Origin: a virus
Taxonomy: Duplodnaviria > Caudoviricetes
IMG/VR virus record: IMGVR_UViG_3300036815_000017
Span: 1-24,605 of that record
Direction: 5' to 3' (one strand)
Length of the DNA stretch: 24,605 nucleotides
Shown: piece by piece, positions 16,144 to 24,018 of the stretch
Numbering within the stretch: the first letter of the stretch is position 1
Layout of the letters: every line of letters begins with the position of its first letter
Notes under the pieces: generated by a model
Told to the model about the DNA's origin: nothing
The model's database searches: none
The model's input: only the letters and a program-made list of their open reading frames with translations
Made by a program: the position numbers and the translations under genes

Positions 16144-16218
16144 ATAAAGTCATTAATTTGGCTTTAACCTTATACAAGGAGCCATGAGCCTTCACAACTC
16201 ATGGCTCTTCCCATTTTT
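16144..16218 (+). ncRNA. Candidate ~75-nt small RNA (unit C)
   Basis: TAAAGTCA/TGGCTTTA stem then GGAGCCATGAG/CTCATGGCTCT stem and pyrimidine tail. No ORF. Confidence 0.45.
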
Positions 16219-16220
16219 AT

Positions 16221-16487
16221 TTACTTTTCCCTAGCCTTCGCCAAACGTTCCGCAGCTTGTTGTCTTTGTTCTTCAGACATCACCCGAATTTGTTTCATAC
16301 TTACTTGTTTTTCTTGCAATACACCTTTAACAGCTATCGGTCGACCATCCTCTTCTTCTAAAGTTTTTAAATCACATAGATTACTAAGTTTTCTAATGTG
16401 TTTCGGAACAGTAGAGTAAACCATCCACTCCCCTGTGCCGTTGTCAAAAACTAGAGTTGTTTCTTGTTCATCGCGAGAATATGCCAT
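16221..16487 (-). CDS. Conserved-looking phage hypothetical protein
   Basis: ORF with AAGGGG SD. Confidence 0.8.
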   Translation of the reverse strand: MAYSRDEQETTLVFDNGTGEWMVYSTVPKHIRKLSNLCDLKTLEEEDGRPIAVKGVLQEKQVSMKQIRVMSEEQRQQAAERLAKAREK

Positions 16488-16515
16488 TGTTTATTTACCC
16501 CTTTCCTTAATTTAA

Positions 16516-17019
16516 TTAATATCCCGAATTCAAACGATCATAGTTAACTTGATTCTTTTCAAAGTACGATTTTTCCATATCCTCACCCGACATTTCCATT
16601 TTCTTACCGATGGCCAATAATGCAGATAACGCATGAGAGTAGTCAAAAATACAAGAGTAGTCAGTCTTATAAATAATTGATAATAACTTATGGAAACTAT
16701 AATCATGTTCAATGAATTTCTCAGCAATTTTAAATGTTCTGCTTGTCCCTAGAATCAATTCGACATGCCCATACTTATTGCCCAGACTCGCCATAAAGTG
16801 CATGCAATCCGCCCACTCATCGTACTGACGTGCCTTATCATCATTCTTGTTTTTCTTCCAGTATTTAAAGAATCCGATCTCTTGCGCGAGCTCCCCAAGT
16901 TCTACGTATAAAGCCTGTGTCACATCGCCTGTTAAGTTCTGCCCTTCTAAACCATGAACCTCAACAATCTTACGATCTAGCTTGTCCTGCGCTTCAAAAA
17001 TCTTTTGTATGTTTAACAC
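16516..17019 (-). CDS. dut: Dimeric all-alpha dUTPase
   Basis: Q--LD, ALYVELGELAQE--FKYWK, DEWADCMHF, Y-EKN-VN--R---GY motifs. Confidence 0.88.
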   Translation of the reverse strand: MLNIQKIFEAQDKLDRKIVEVHGLEGQNLTGDVTQALYVELGELAQEIGFFKYWKKNKNDDKARQYDEWADCMHFMASLGNKYGHVELILGTSRTFKIAEKFIEHDYSFHKLLSIIYKTDYSCIFDYSHALSALLAIGKKMEMSGEDMEKSYFEKNQVNYDRLNSGY

Positions 17020-17032
17020 TCATATCCGCTCC

Positions 17033-17200
17033 TTATAGAAAATTTAATAATGTTTTTTGACGTTCTTCTAATTCTTTAATTTTCTTTTCTGTATTCTCAA
17101 CTTCGATTTTAGCCATTGTAAGGTGATATTTGTATTTGTTTATTTCATCTTGATTCGTTACGATTTCGCTTTTTATTTGAACTAAAGTCGATTCTTTCAT
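17033..17200 (-). CDS. Hypothetical coiled-coil protein, 55 aa
   Basis: Hand-translated MKESTLVQIK..., AGGAGG SD. Confidence 0.75.
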   Translation of the reverse strand: MKESTLVQIKSEIVTNQDEINKYKYHLTMAKIEVENTEKKIKELEERQKTLLNFL

Positions 17201-17209
17201 AAAAACCTC

Positions 17210-17455
17210 CTATACTCCTAATCTAGTCATTACTTTTCCTTCCTGGAATCCATAAATCACTGGGTCATTTTCGATAATTAGAGATGGCATTGTCATGAGA
17301 TCATGTTTTTGAATGTAATGAGAATTTTTAGGTTCCTCTACGTTGAGATAACTTACATCTAAAACAGCGACATCAGAAGGGAAATTATCCAACATCATTT
17401 TTAATCGTTTACAATCGTTACAATTATTTTTAGTGAATACTGTAATCTTAATCAT
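17210..17455 (-). CDS. Glutaredoxin/NrdH-like redoxin
   Basis: ITVFTKNNCNDC (CxxC), cis-Pro motif TMP, GF. True start ATG 17455. Confidence 0.85.
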   Translation of the reverse strand: MIKITVFTKNNCNDCKRLKMMLDNFPSDVAVLDVSYLNVEEPKNSHYIQKHDLMTMPSLIIENDPVIYGFQEGKVMTRLGV

Positions 17456-17624
17456 TTTGTTCTTCCCCTTTAGTGAATTTAACTTGAATGTCGTTACCTC
17501 TAAAACTTGTAATTTCGAATGCATACCCCTTATTTTGAAACCCTAAAACGCATTCGTAATATTTATAAACTTGATCAGGATCACTTAAATCAAAAGTTAT
17601 AATTTCAGTTTTAGCTATGTGCAT
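17448..17624 (-). CDS. Hypothetical protein, 58 aa (MHIAKTEII...)
   Basis: Hand-translated, AAGGAG SD, stop overlaps redoxin start. Confidence 0.7.
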   Translation of the reverse strand: MHIAKTEIITFDLSDPDQVYKYYECVLGFQNKGYAFEITSFRGNDIQVKFTKGEEQND

Positions 17625-17691
17625 TTCGTTTCTCCTTTGCTTCTGCTAATAATTTAGTAATTTCATACGTACCATGCTCTGTATATTTCAT
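17611..17691 (-). CDS. Micro-ORF, 26 aa (MKYTEHGTYEITKLLAEAKEKRNAHS)
   Basis: GGGGAG SD, TAATG coupling to upstream gene. Confidence 0.6.
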   Translation of the reverse strand: MKYTEHGTYEITKLLAEAKEKRNAHS

Positions 17692-17900
17692 TATTTTCTC
17701 CCCTTTATCACATAAGTTTTAAATGATTCACCTTTACGGTTAAAAGACACTATGTTCATCCCGTGAAAATCTCGGTGCCATTTGAACGACTTGTCTAATT
17801 CTGAACAACTATTACCCTTGCTTCCAATTTCGTTATTCTTCATACCTTTCCACGATTCTTTCATGGCCTTGCTGATTTGCCGATTACGTGTATATCTCAT
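17691..17900 (-). CDS. Hypothetical basic protein
   Basis: ATGA coupling, AAGGAGG SD. Confidence 0.75.
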   Translation of the reverse strand: MRYTRNRQISKAMKESWKGMKNNEIGSKGNSCSELDKSFKWHRDFHGMNIVSFNRKGESFKTYVIKGRK

Positions 17901-18091
17901 CGCGATTCCTCCTTGTATTTAGATAAGATAGTCATTAATGCAATTGCCGTCCCTTCATTCGCAATCCATTTCCCTCTATAGAAACCAGCAAGTCCTAAAT
18001 CTTCAGCTTCGTAAGCCTTATCAGCTTCTTTTCTGTTTTCCACCGCTGATTGTTGTAACTGTTCGATATACTCCTCAATCGCTTCCATCAT
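17897..18091 (-). CDS. Hypothetical protein
   Basis: Coupled ORF with AGGAG SD. Confidence 0.75.
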   Translation of the reverse strand: MMEAIEEYIEQLQQSAVENRKEADKAYEAEDLGLAGFYRGKWIANEGTAIALMTILSKYKEESR

Positions 18092-18486
18092 TCTCCTGTG
18101 CCTCCCTGTAATAACTCTGGATTCTCAAACTTATTTCCAATCACTTCTGCCCAATGTCTCATTCTGTGAAGGTACCAACCTCCGCAACTCAGTTCCATAT
18201 ATTCGTTATATCCCACCTCATAGTTACCATCCATATCAATTGAACCGTGGAATGGATGGCCACTAATTTGAACAATGTCTCCTTCATAAATTGGATTTCC
18301 CATTTTGTCATTCAACCCAGTGTATTGTAATGGTTTTAACTGAGTGTATTCGCCGTTATCAATTCGATAAATTGCTAATTCGCCATAGGATAACCATGCA
18401 TCTAAGTTATCTTCACTTTCGATTTCATCACCTGAATACATCTTTTTAAGATCCTCATCCCATGCTTTAAACTTAATTTCTCTCAT
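18088..18486 (-). CDS. YopX family protein (second copy)
   Basis: MREIKFKAWD...QYTGLNDK-G--IYEGDIV...EVIGN-FENPELL. Start ATG 18486. Confidence 0.9.
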   Translation of the reverse strand: MREIKFKAWDEDLKKMYSGDEIESEDNLDAWLSYGELAIYRIDNGEYTQLKPLQYTGLNDKMGNPIYEGDIVQISGHPFHGSIDMDGNYEVGYNEYMELSCGGWYLHRMRHWAEVIGNKFENPELLQGGTGE

Positions 18487-18613
18487 TCTCCCCATCCCTT
18501 TCCAAAAGCCCCGCCAGTTCCTCGCAACTCCCTTCAAATAAGTCGCGTCCGTCTGGTAGCTTGAATATATTTTTCTGAATCAGTATTTCTATTAAAACGT
18601 CTTGCCTGTCCAT
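18473..18613 (-). CDS. FbpA-like small protein, 46 aa
   Basis: Hand-translated MDRQDVLIEILIQKNIFKLPDGRDLFE..., AGGAGG SD. LI--LI---IFK--DGR-L-E pattern resembles the Fur-regulated basic protein A family. Confidence 0.6.
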   Translation of the reverse strand: MDRQDVLIEILIQKNIFKLPDGRDLFEGSCEELAGLLERDGENERN

Positions 18614-18621
18614 GTTGCCTC

Positions 18622-19041
18622 CTAGCTGATTTGTTTCTTCTTATATTTCCGTGGTGGTTTTGTTGCTGCTTCGTAAGGGTCCACATCTCTACTAATTCTT
18701 GCGTAAAATGATGATGTACTTATTCCATTTTCCTGTGCCATTTTTATAAGTGCTTCCCATTTATTGTGTTTCTTTGGTGTTGTTACTGCTTCATAAGGGT
18801 TCATACCGTCTTTAATTCTTTTGTATAAAGTTGTATGACTAATCCCATTCCGCTCCGCAAGTGTTTTCATTCCAGCGCTTATTCCAATTTCACTTTTTTT
18901 CTCTCTAACCGGTACCGTTATAGCGCGTTCTATCTCCCATCCACTCTCATTAACTCGTAGATACACATTCATTTTGCTAATTCCGTTCTTGGCAGCCTTC
19001 TCGTAATCCTCATCAGTAATAACAGGTCCGTAATACTTCAT
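18622..19041 (-). CDS. Protein with three tandem HTH-like repeats
   Basis: A--NGIS----Y-R-----(W/P)-E-A-T-P repeated three times. ATG 19041 with GGAG SD. Confidence 0.8.
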   Translation of the reverse strand: MKYYGPVITDEDYEKAAKNGISKMNVYLRVNESGWEIERAITVPVREKKSEIGISAGMKTLAERNGISHTTLYKRIKDGMNPYEAVTTPKKHNKWEALIKMAQENGISTSSFYARISRDVDPYEAATKPPRKYKKKQIS

Positions 19042-19051
19042 TTCGTCACTC

Positions 19052-19321
19052 CTAATCCAATGCCATGATTTCATCTCTCGTACGGTCAGAACGAGTTATC
19101 CTAATCTTCTGAATGCCTTTACCGTGTTCTTTCACTGACGCGCTCCATGCTTCGCTCTCAGTCTTTACATCGAACCAATCAATACGTTGCTTTTCTTCCT
19201 TGTCATAGAATTCAACAGCGTATGTCGTTATGACGGGTGTCTTCGCTAAGAATTGCTCCGATGTACTTGTAGCTGCGTAATCGAAACTTCCTACAACATC
19301 CTCCAGTGTCAGTTGCTTCAT
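19052..19321 (-). CDS. Hypothetical protein
   Basis: ATGA-coupled ORF. Confidence 0.75.
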   Translation of the reverse strand: MKQLTLEDVVGSFDYAATSTSEQFLAKTPVITTYAVEFYDKEEKQRIDWFDVKTESEAWSASVKEHGKGIQKIRITRSDRTRDEIMALD

Positions 19322-19605
19322 GCCCCTAACCCCATCGGACGTGATTTAATCTCGTTCTTATCCGCTTGATCCATTATTAATGCTGCGATTTCTAACTGGT
19401 GTCTTCCTAGCTCTACTGCTATTTCAATTATGTTTTTGCCCTCTTTCCACATTTCTTGCAATCGAATCACTTCGCTCTCATCAAATACCAGGTCCAGTTC
19501 TTCTAAAGCGATATACATGTTACGACGCGAGTTCTTCATATACTTCCTTTGCTGTGCTGCTATTGTGTAATTCTCCTTTTCCAAATCCGTTCCAAGTCTC
19601 GGCAT
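19318..19605 (-). CDS. Putative helix-turn-helix protein
   Basis: MWKEGKNIIEIAVELGR HTH-like segment. Confidence 0.7.
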   Translation of the reverse strand: MPRLGTDLEKENYTIAAQQRKYMKNSRRNMYIALEELDLVFDESEVIRLQEMWKEGKNIIEIAVELGRHQLEIAALIMDQADKNEIKSRPMGLGA

Positions 19606-19783
19606 CCCATTTCCCCTCCATTTGTAATTGATGAATTGCTCTTAGTTCCGCCATAACGGCATGACGTCTTCTATCCACTTCTTCAGGTGTCCGATTCCCT
19701 GCTTCGCAAATACATGGTGCAAATTGGTACATTCCCGTTCCTATATCGTTTCTGATTACTCCCGTTCCGTTACATGTACACAT
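19520..19783 (-). CDS. Hypothetical protein with N-terminal CxCxGxG...CxC zinc motif
   Basis: Start ATG 19783 or 19789, GGGGG SD. Confidence 0.7.
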   Translation of the reverse strand: MCTCNGTGVIRNDIGTGMYQFAPCICEAGNRTPEEVDRRRHAVMAELRAIHQLQMEGKWDAETWNGFGKGELHNSSTAKEVYEELAS

Positions 19784-19816
19784 TGTCATTCCCCCTTTTG
19801 TTTTCAAAAAACGCTT

Positions 19817-20080
19817 TTATTCAAATTTTTGATTTTGCCATTCAGTTATACAAGCTGATTTGATCTCCTCTGATTCTTGTGTTTCCTCATCGAAATCAAT
19901 AACAGCGTAACTTGGTACTATTAAAAACTCTTTACCGCATACATTGCATTTAGGATTTCCGTATGCATAAATCCCTTTTATAGTCTCGAATTCCAGTAAA
20001 TCCAAATCTGCATTATCAAAAGCTACAAGACCGTTACAATTTTCTCCATTGCATTTATGCGCTTCAATAGCCATTTTCAT
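19817..20080 (-). CDS. Putative zinc-ribbon protein
   Basis: CNGENC...CNVC, GGGGG SD. Confidence 0.7.
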   Translation of the reverse strand: MKMAIEAHKCNGENCNGLVAFDNADLDLLEFETIKGIYAYGNPKCNVCGKEFLIVPSYAVIDFDEETQESEEIKSACITEWQNQKFE

Positions 20081-20087
20081 TTCCCCC

Positions 20088-20984
20088 TTAGAATCCTAAA
20101 TGTTCAATACGTTTATCTGATGTTTCCTTAAATACAATCGCTTCAGCTTTATTTAAAATCCGACTTCCAAGCTTCTTATCATATTTTTTAAATATGTCAC
20201 CGCTTGATAAGTTAGTTGTTGTGATCGTTACTTTCCCTTGTCTTCCGTTCGTTACGGCATATAGTACACGTTGGATGAAGTTGCTTGCTTCGTCCGTTCT
20301 GTTCATCGATCCGCTCTCTGCACCTAAGTCATCCAGTACCAGGAAGTCAACGCTTGTTAGAAGGTCCACACAATACTCTTCCGTATACTTAGAATCTTTG
20401 TTGTTAAAGGAATCTTTGATAAGTCGCATAAGTTGTTCAATCTCGACATACAAGCAGCTTTTCATTTTTTGATAGAGTAGCTCGTCATTATCCTTCTCAC
20501 CATCTGATATTTCATAGAAATGACTTCTTAATTCTCTTAGGATTGAATAAGCTAAATGGCTTTTACCTGCACCTTGCACACCTACAATAAATACGTTTTT
20601 AACCTCACCTGCTTTTAGGCTCTCTACAATGCCTTCTACGAGCCTTTTATTTGTTCTAGTCTCATTACATTCAGTTCTATAGTTAGATAGCGTAGCTTCG
20701 AGTATTTCCTCGTTACTAATGATGCTGTGCTTTGTAAGCATGTTGAACTTCTTAGTTCTTTTGATTTTCTTATAGTGATTGTTCGCCTGTTCTTTTAATA
20801 CTTTGTCGTTTTCCTCAACAACACATCGTGGGCAGACAACTTGTCCTTTGAATTCAATCATCTGAACAGGCTTAACGAATTTTTGGCCACCTATTTCATA
20901 AGAATGGTTCATGCATTTATCAGAATGGAAGTTCACCTTTAAATCCAGGGATTTGGCTACCCTTTGCATTGCTGTTGCCGTCAT
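20088..20984 (-). CDS. DnaC/IstB-like AAA+ helicase loader
   Basis: Walker A GVQGAGKS, Walker B LVLDDLGAE, TTN, SR. Probable start 20984 (AAGGAG SD). Confidence 0.9.
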   Translation of the reverse strand: MTATAMQRVAKSLDLKVNFHSDKCMNHSYEIGGQKFVKPVQMIEFKGQVVCPRCVVEENDKVLKEQANNHYKKIKRTKKFNMLTKHSIISNEEILEATLSNYRTECNETRTNKRLVEGIVESLKAGEVKNVFIVGVQGAGKSHLAYSILRELRSHFYEISDGEKDNDELLYQKMKSCLYVEIEQLMRLIKDSFNNKDSKYTEEYCVDLLTSVDFLVLDDLGAESGSMNRTDEASNFIQRVLYAVTNGRQGKVTITTTNLSSGDIFKKYDKKLGSRILNKAEAIVFKETSDKRIEHLGF

Positions 20985-21759
20985 GGTTTTTCGCTCCTTT
21001 TTCATTTAGATAACCTTCAAATTTAGTCCCAAATAACGTTTCTGGTCGTAAGTACTGGTTCATGTTCGAATCTTTTAACCACTGTGCTGTTTTAATATCA
21101 ATAACTTGCTTGAAATCATCTATAGTAAAACCGTCTTTAAATCTAGCTTTGATTAACGATCTAGTTTTCGCTGTTTTATGTTTAAAAGATTTACCAGCTT
21201 CTTTATTAAGATAAGAAACAATATCTTCATAAGGGATGCAGTCTTTTGGCTGCTCTTTTTGGCCAGAAGACATAGTATCTTTTAATGTAGTAATCTCTGT
21301 AGTATTCTTTGTAGTAATCTCTGTTAAAGAATTCACCCTTTCGGTAAGTTCCATTTCACCCAAAGGGGAATTTGGATTTTCCCCAAAGGTCAAAATGGAT
21401 TTTACCCTTTCGGTAACTTCGGAAATGTTTAACTTAATGTGATTTGTTGGAGCTCCATTAAATTTGAACTTTTGAACTTCCACAAATCCTTTTTCGATTA
21501 AGATTTTAATTGCACGATCATATTGTTTAGGCGTGATTCTTATCTCAGTTCGCCAGTCCTCACGACCTTTAGCTAACCAAAACCCTCCGTTTTTCTTAAC
21601 TCTTAATTTGCTCTTACCTTGTTCATTTGGCATGTACCAATAAACGATTTGCCCTAACAGGATTCCAGCGATTAAATCATCAGTTATATCGACATAAGCG
21701 AGTCGTACCATATAACCATTTCTTGCAAATGTTTCTAGTTGAAATATGTTACTACTCAC
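20920..21759 (-). CDS. Phage replication initiator / replisome organiser
   Basis: N-terminal wHTH, conserved phage C-terminal domain (IVSYLN...YLRPETLFGTKFEGYLN), adjacent to loader, contains iterons. Confidence 0.88.
   Translation of the reverse strand: MSSNIFQLETFARNGYMVRLAYVDITDDLIAGILLGQIVYWYMPNEQGKSKLRVKKNGGFWLAKGREDWRTEIRITPKQYDRAIKILIEKGFVEVQKFKFNGAPTNHIKLNISEVTERVKSILTFGENPNSPLGEMELTERVNSLTEITTKNTTEITTLKDTMSSGQKEQPKDCIPYEDIVSYLNKEAGKSFKHKTAKTRSLIKARFKDGFTIDDFKQVIDIKTAQWLKDSNMNQYLRPETLFGTKFEGYLNEKGAKNHDGNSNAKGSQIPGFKGELPF
21286..21420. repeat. Putative replication origin iterons
   Basis: Four related units starting at 21332, 21355, 21378, 21401 (23-bp period, ACCCTTTCGGTAA twice), plus TGTAGTAATCTCTGT at 21286 and 21310. 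Confidence 0.75.
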
Positions 21760-22002
21760 TTAATTCACCTTCTTCATTTCCGTTTCATAGAAGCAATCTG
21801 TTTCATCGATTTCACCCGTTCTATGAATACTTTCTGTATTTACAACTCTTCTTGCTGGATAAACGCATTCGTAACCTTCTTTCGACCATTCATACATTTT
21901 GTATCCGATTTCCGTTTTGGTTTCACCGCGAATATATTTGTTCTCTTTAGTCTTACTTGGAATAATGAAGCTATATCGTTTTGATCTGTACACTGTTTTC
22001 AT
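21760..22002 (-). CDS. Hypothetical protein
   Basis: ATG 22002 overlaps upstream stop (TGATG). Confidence 0.7.
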   Translation of the reverse strand: MKTVYRSKRYSFIIPSKTKENKYIRGETKTEIGYKMYEWSKEGYECVYPARRVVNTESIHRTGEIDETDCFYETEMKKVN

Positions 22003-22178
22003 CACATCACGTCCCTTTCGCATACCGCTATGTCGCCTTGAATTTTGATTATTTTGTACCCTGGATAGCGATCAGGAGTGATGTACTCAATCGCCTTCAT
22101 TTTTGCTTCTTTTTCAGTTCGTACGCCCTTCCATACCCATGAAGGAAGGACGACTTTCGATTGGTTTTTATCTAACAT
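22002..22178 (-). CDS. Hypothetical protein, 58 aa (MLDKNQSKVVLPSWVW...)
   Basis: Hand-translated, AGGAG SD. Confidence 0.75.
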   Translation of the reverse strand: MLDKNQSKVVLPSWVWKGVRTEKEAKMKAIEYITPDRYPGYKIIKIQGDIAVCERDVM

Positions 22179-22190
22179 AGGCTTTCGCTC

Positions 22191-22982
22191 CTAACTAAGT
22201 ATTTGAGAGTAATGAATTACTTTTGTTAATCGCTTCGTTTGTCTGCAATAAGCGCATTTTTCACATCTATTAGGCTTGTCCATTCCATGTTTCACTGATA
22301 AAACACGAGGCAAGTTCTCTTCAACTTCATCTAATTCCAGTTGGATGATTTCGTCATCAAAGTTAATCACTGCTTTATCAGGATGTTTTTCCTTTGATAC
22401 CGCTACAATGAATGGTTCTAACCAGTTTTCTCTGCCGGACCATCGTTTTTCCAACTCGGCATATACTGCCATTTGAATTGTGTATCCATATGCTTCAACA
22501 AATGAGCAATATCCGTATTCATCCGTCCAAACCTTGTCGTATATGGACTTAACTGTCTTTAAATCAACGAATCTTCCATTGAGAGGGTTATATACATCTA
22601 GTTTCGATTTCCAATGTGTACCGAATAGCTCGGCTGTTATGATGACTTCTTTTTCTCCTTCTAGAGCAAACATGCACAATCCATCATCTTTTAGAGTTTC
22701 AATCATCAGATCTGCATTTTTATATTGGGAGTAAAGTTCTCCGCTTCTTGTAAAGAGAGAAGGAGTCTTCTCTTTAAATTGATCAAGTGCTCCTTCTAAC
22801 CAAGCATGTACATATGAACCAAGTAACAGGCTTTCGTTATGTTCTTCTTTCCATTCACCTTTTAACTTCGCAAGTGCTGCCGCTTCACATTTCCTAAAGG
22901 CTTTATATTGACTGACTGACATGTATTGCATATCCGCTTCTTGTGAGTAGTAATTTTCATCATTCAGTTGTAGAAGGTTCAT
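22191..22982 (-). CDS. PD-(D/E)XK exonuclease (DUF3799/RecE-like)
   Basis: SVSQYK, GSYVH, K-KLD...VDLKT, Y-IQMAVY, C-terminal CEKCAYC. Confidence 0.85.
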   Translation of the reverse strand: MNLLQLNDENYYSQEADMQYMSVSQYKAFRKCEAAALAKLKGEWKEEHNESLLLGSYVHAWLEGALDQFKEKTPSLFTRSGELYSQYKNADLMIETLKDDGLCMFALEGEKEVIITAELFGTHWKSKLDVYNPLNGRFVDLKTVKSIYDKVWTDEYGYCSFVEAYGYTIQMAVYAELEKRWSGRENWLEPFIVAVSKEKHPDKAVINFDDEIIQLELDEVEENLPRVLSVKHGMDKPNRCEKCAYCRQTKRLTKVIHYSQILS

Positions 22983-23814
22983 CTTTTACACCCTCTGTTT
23001 GTTGGAATTGAGCTTCTAAATTTGATTTAGTAGGACTTGTCTTCTTTGTATCGAAGAAGTCTTCTTTTTTGCCTACACCGTCACGAATTGAAGTGTAAAT
23101 GCGCCCTAATTTCACAAAGTCATGTTCTGTAAAAGCATCAACATTCAACTGTAATGATTCTTCAATCATTTCCTTTGTTACACCAAACTCTTTTTTGAAT
23201 GCATCTAACGCTTTGCGTAAGCGATCTTCTAAAGGTTCTTTCTGTCCATTTACCAAAGTGTCATTGCACTTCTGTACAGCAGCGTCGACAATATCTCCCG
23301 GAATAATTCCTAAGATACAAGCTCGCATTCTTCGCGTGCCCATATTTGCAGTTAATTCGTAAACATCTCGGCTGTCAGTTAGTTTATTTGTTTTCCCTTT
23401 TGCTTTTCGTTCATGTTTAACAGTGAATATTTTCGTTTGGCGTGTGTTTGTTTCAAGATCCCACGCATAAGCCATCATTGAAGATTCACCATCTTTTTGA
23501 TCTAACTCAATAATTCCGTAATCAATGTTCCCCCAGTTTCTTGCGATGACTTCAGCAAGCCTGATTGATGGTCCTTGAACTTTTTGACCGCCTTTCGGAT
23601 ATTGATACACTGCATTTTCAGCAACCAATTTACGTTCGCACTCTTTCATAATTCTTTGAAATGAATCATATGTGTCTCTAGGGAAGTTTTTAGCTACATA
23701 CATAGCCATTTGTACTTCTTGTGCTTGTCGACTTACCATAGCCTCTGTAGCTGTACTTTTAGCCTCTGGCTTTGGCATATATTCTGAGTAATCGATATTT
23801 GATAATCCGTTCAT
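22960..23814 (-). CDS. Putative single-strand annealing recombinase
   Basis: Adjacent to exonuclease in recombination module. AK-FPRD, GPSIRLAE---RNWGN, AWDLETN motifs. Function inferred from context. Confidence 0.6.
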   Translation of the reverse strand: MNGLSNIDYSEYMPKPEAKSTATEAMVSRQAQEVQMAMYVAKNFPRDTYDSFQRIMKECERKLVAENAVYQYPKGGQKVQGPSIRLAEVIARNWGNIDYGIIELDQKDGESSMMAYAWDLETNTRQTKIFTVKHERKAKGKTNKLTDSRDVYELTANMGTRRMRACILGIIPGDIVDAAVQKCNDTLVNGQKEPLEDRLRKALDAFKKEFGVTKEMIEESLQLNVDAFTEHDFVKLGRIYTSIRDGVGKKEDFFDTKKTSPTKSNLEAQFQQTEGVKDEPSTTE

Positions 23815-23832
23815 TATTAATCTCTCCTTTTA

Positions 23833-24018
23833 TTAAAATGGCGCTAATTCAGTTTGTTTACTAGCTTCATATACTTCTTGTAACGCTTGTAACCCGTATT
23901 CATAAGCTAGAACCATAGATGATGCATTAGGTTCGTCACTTTGCTTATATCGTTCAACTAAACTTATTAGAATTTGAATTTCAGCTTCAATTTTGTTTTG
24001 TAGGCCCATCTTATTCAC
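23833..24018 (-). CDS. Hypothetical protein
   Basis: Co-oriented coupled ORF. Confidence 0.7.
   Translation of the reverse strand: MNKMGLQNKIEAEIQILISLVERYKQSDEPNASSMVLAYEYGLQALQEVYEASKQTELAPF

Noticed and set aside
16530-16727. 65-aa ORF nested in dUTPase
   Set aside because: Alternative frame inside a conserved gene, no SD.
17456-17524. Upstream starts given for redoxin, second YopX (18537), HTH-repeat gene (19074) and 22023 ORF
   Set aside because: Each overlaps a better upstream gene. Downstream ATGs have SDs or stop-start coupling and family-typical N-termini.
42-23362. All + strand ORFs in the track
   Set aside because: Mostly antisense shadows of well-supported minus-strand genes, or spans of structured non-coding DNA. 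No convincing SDs, Ser/Phe/Leu-rich composition.
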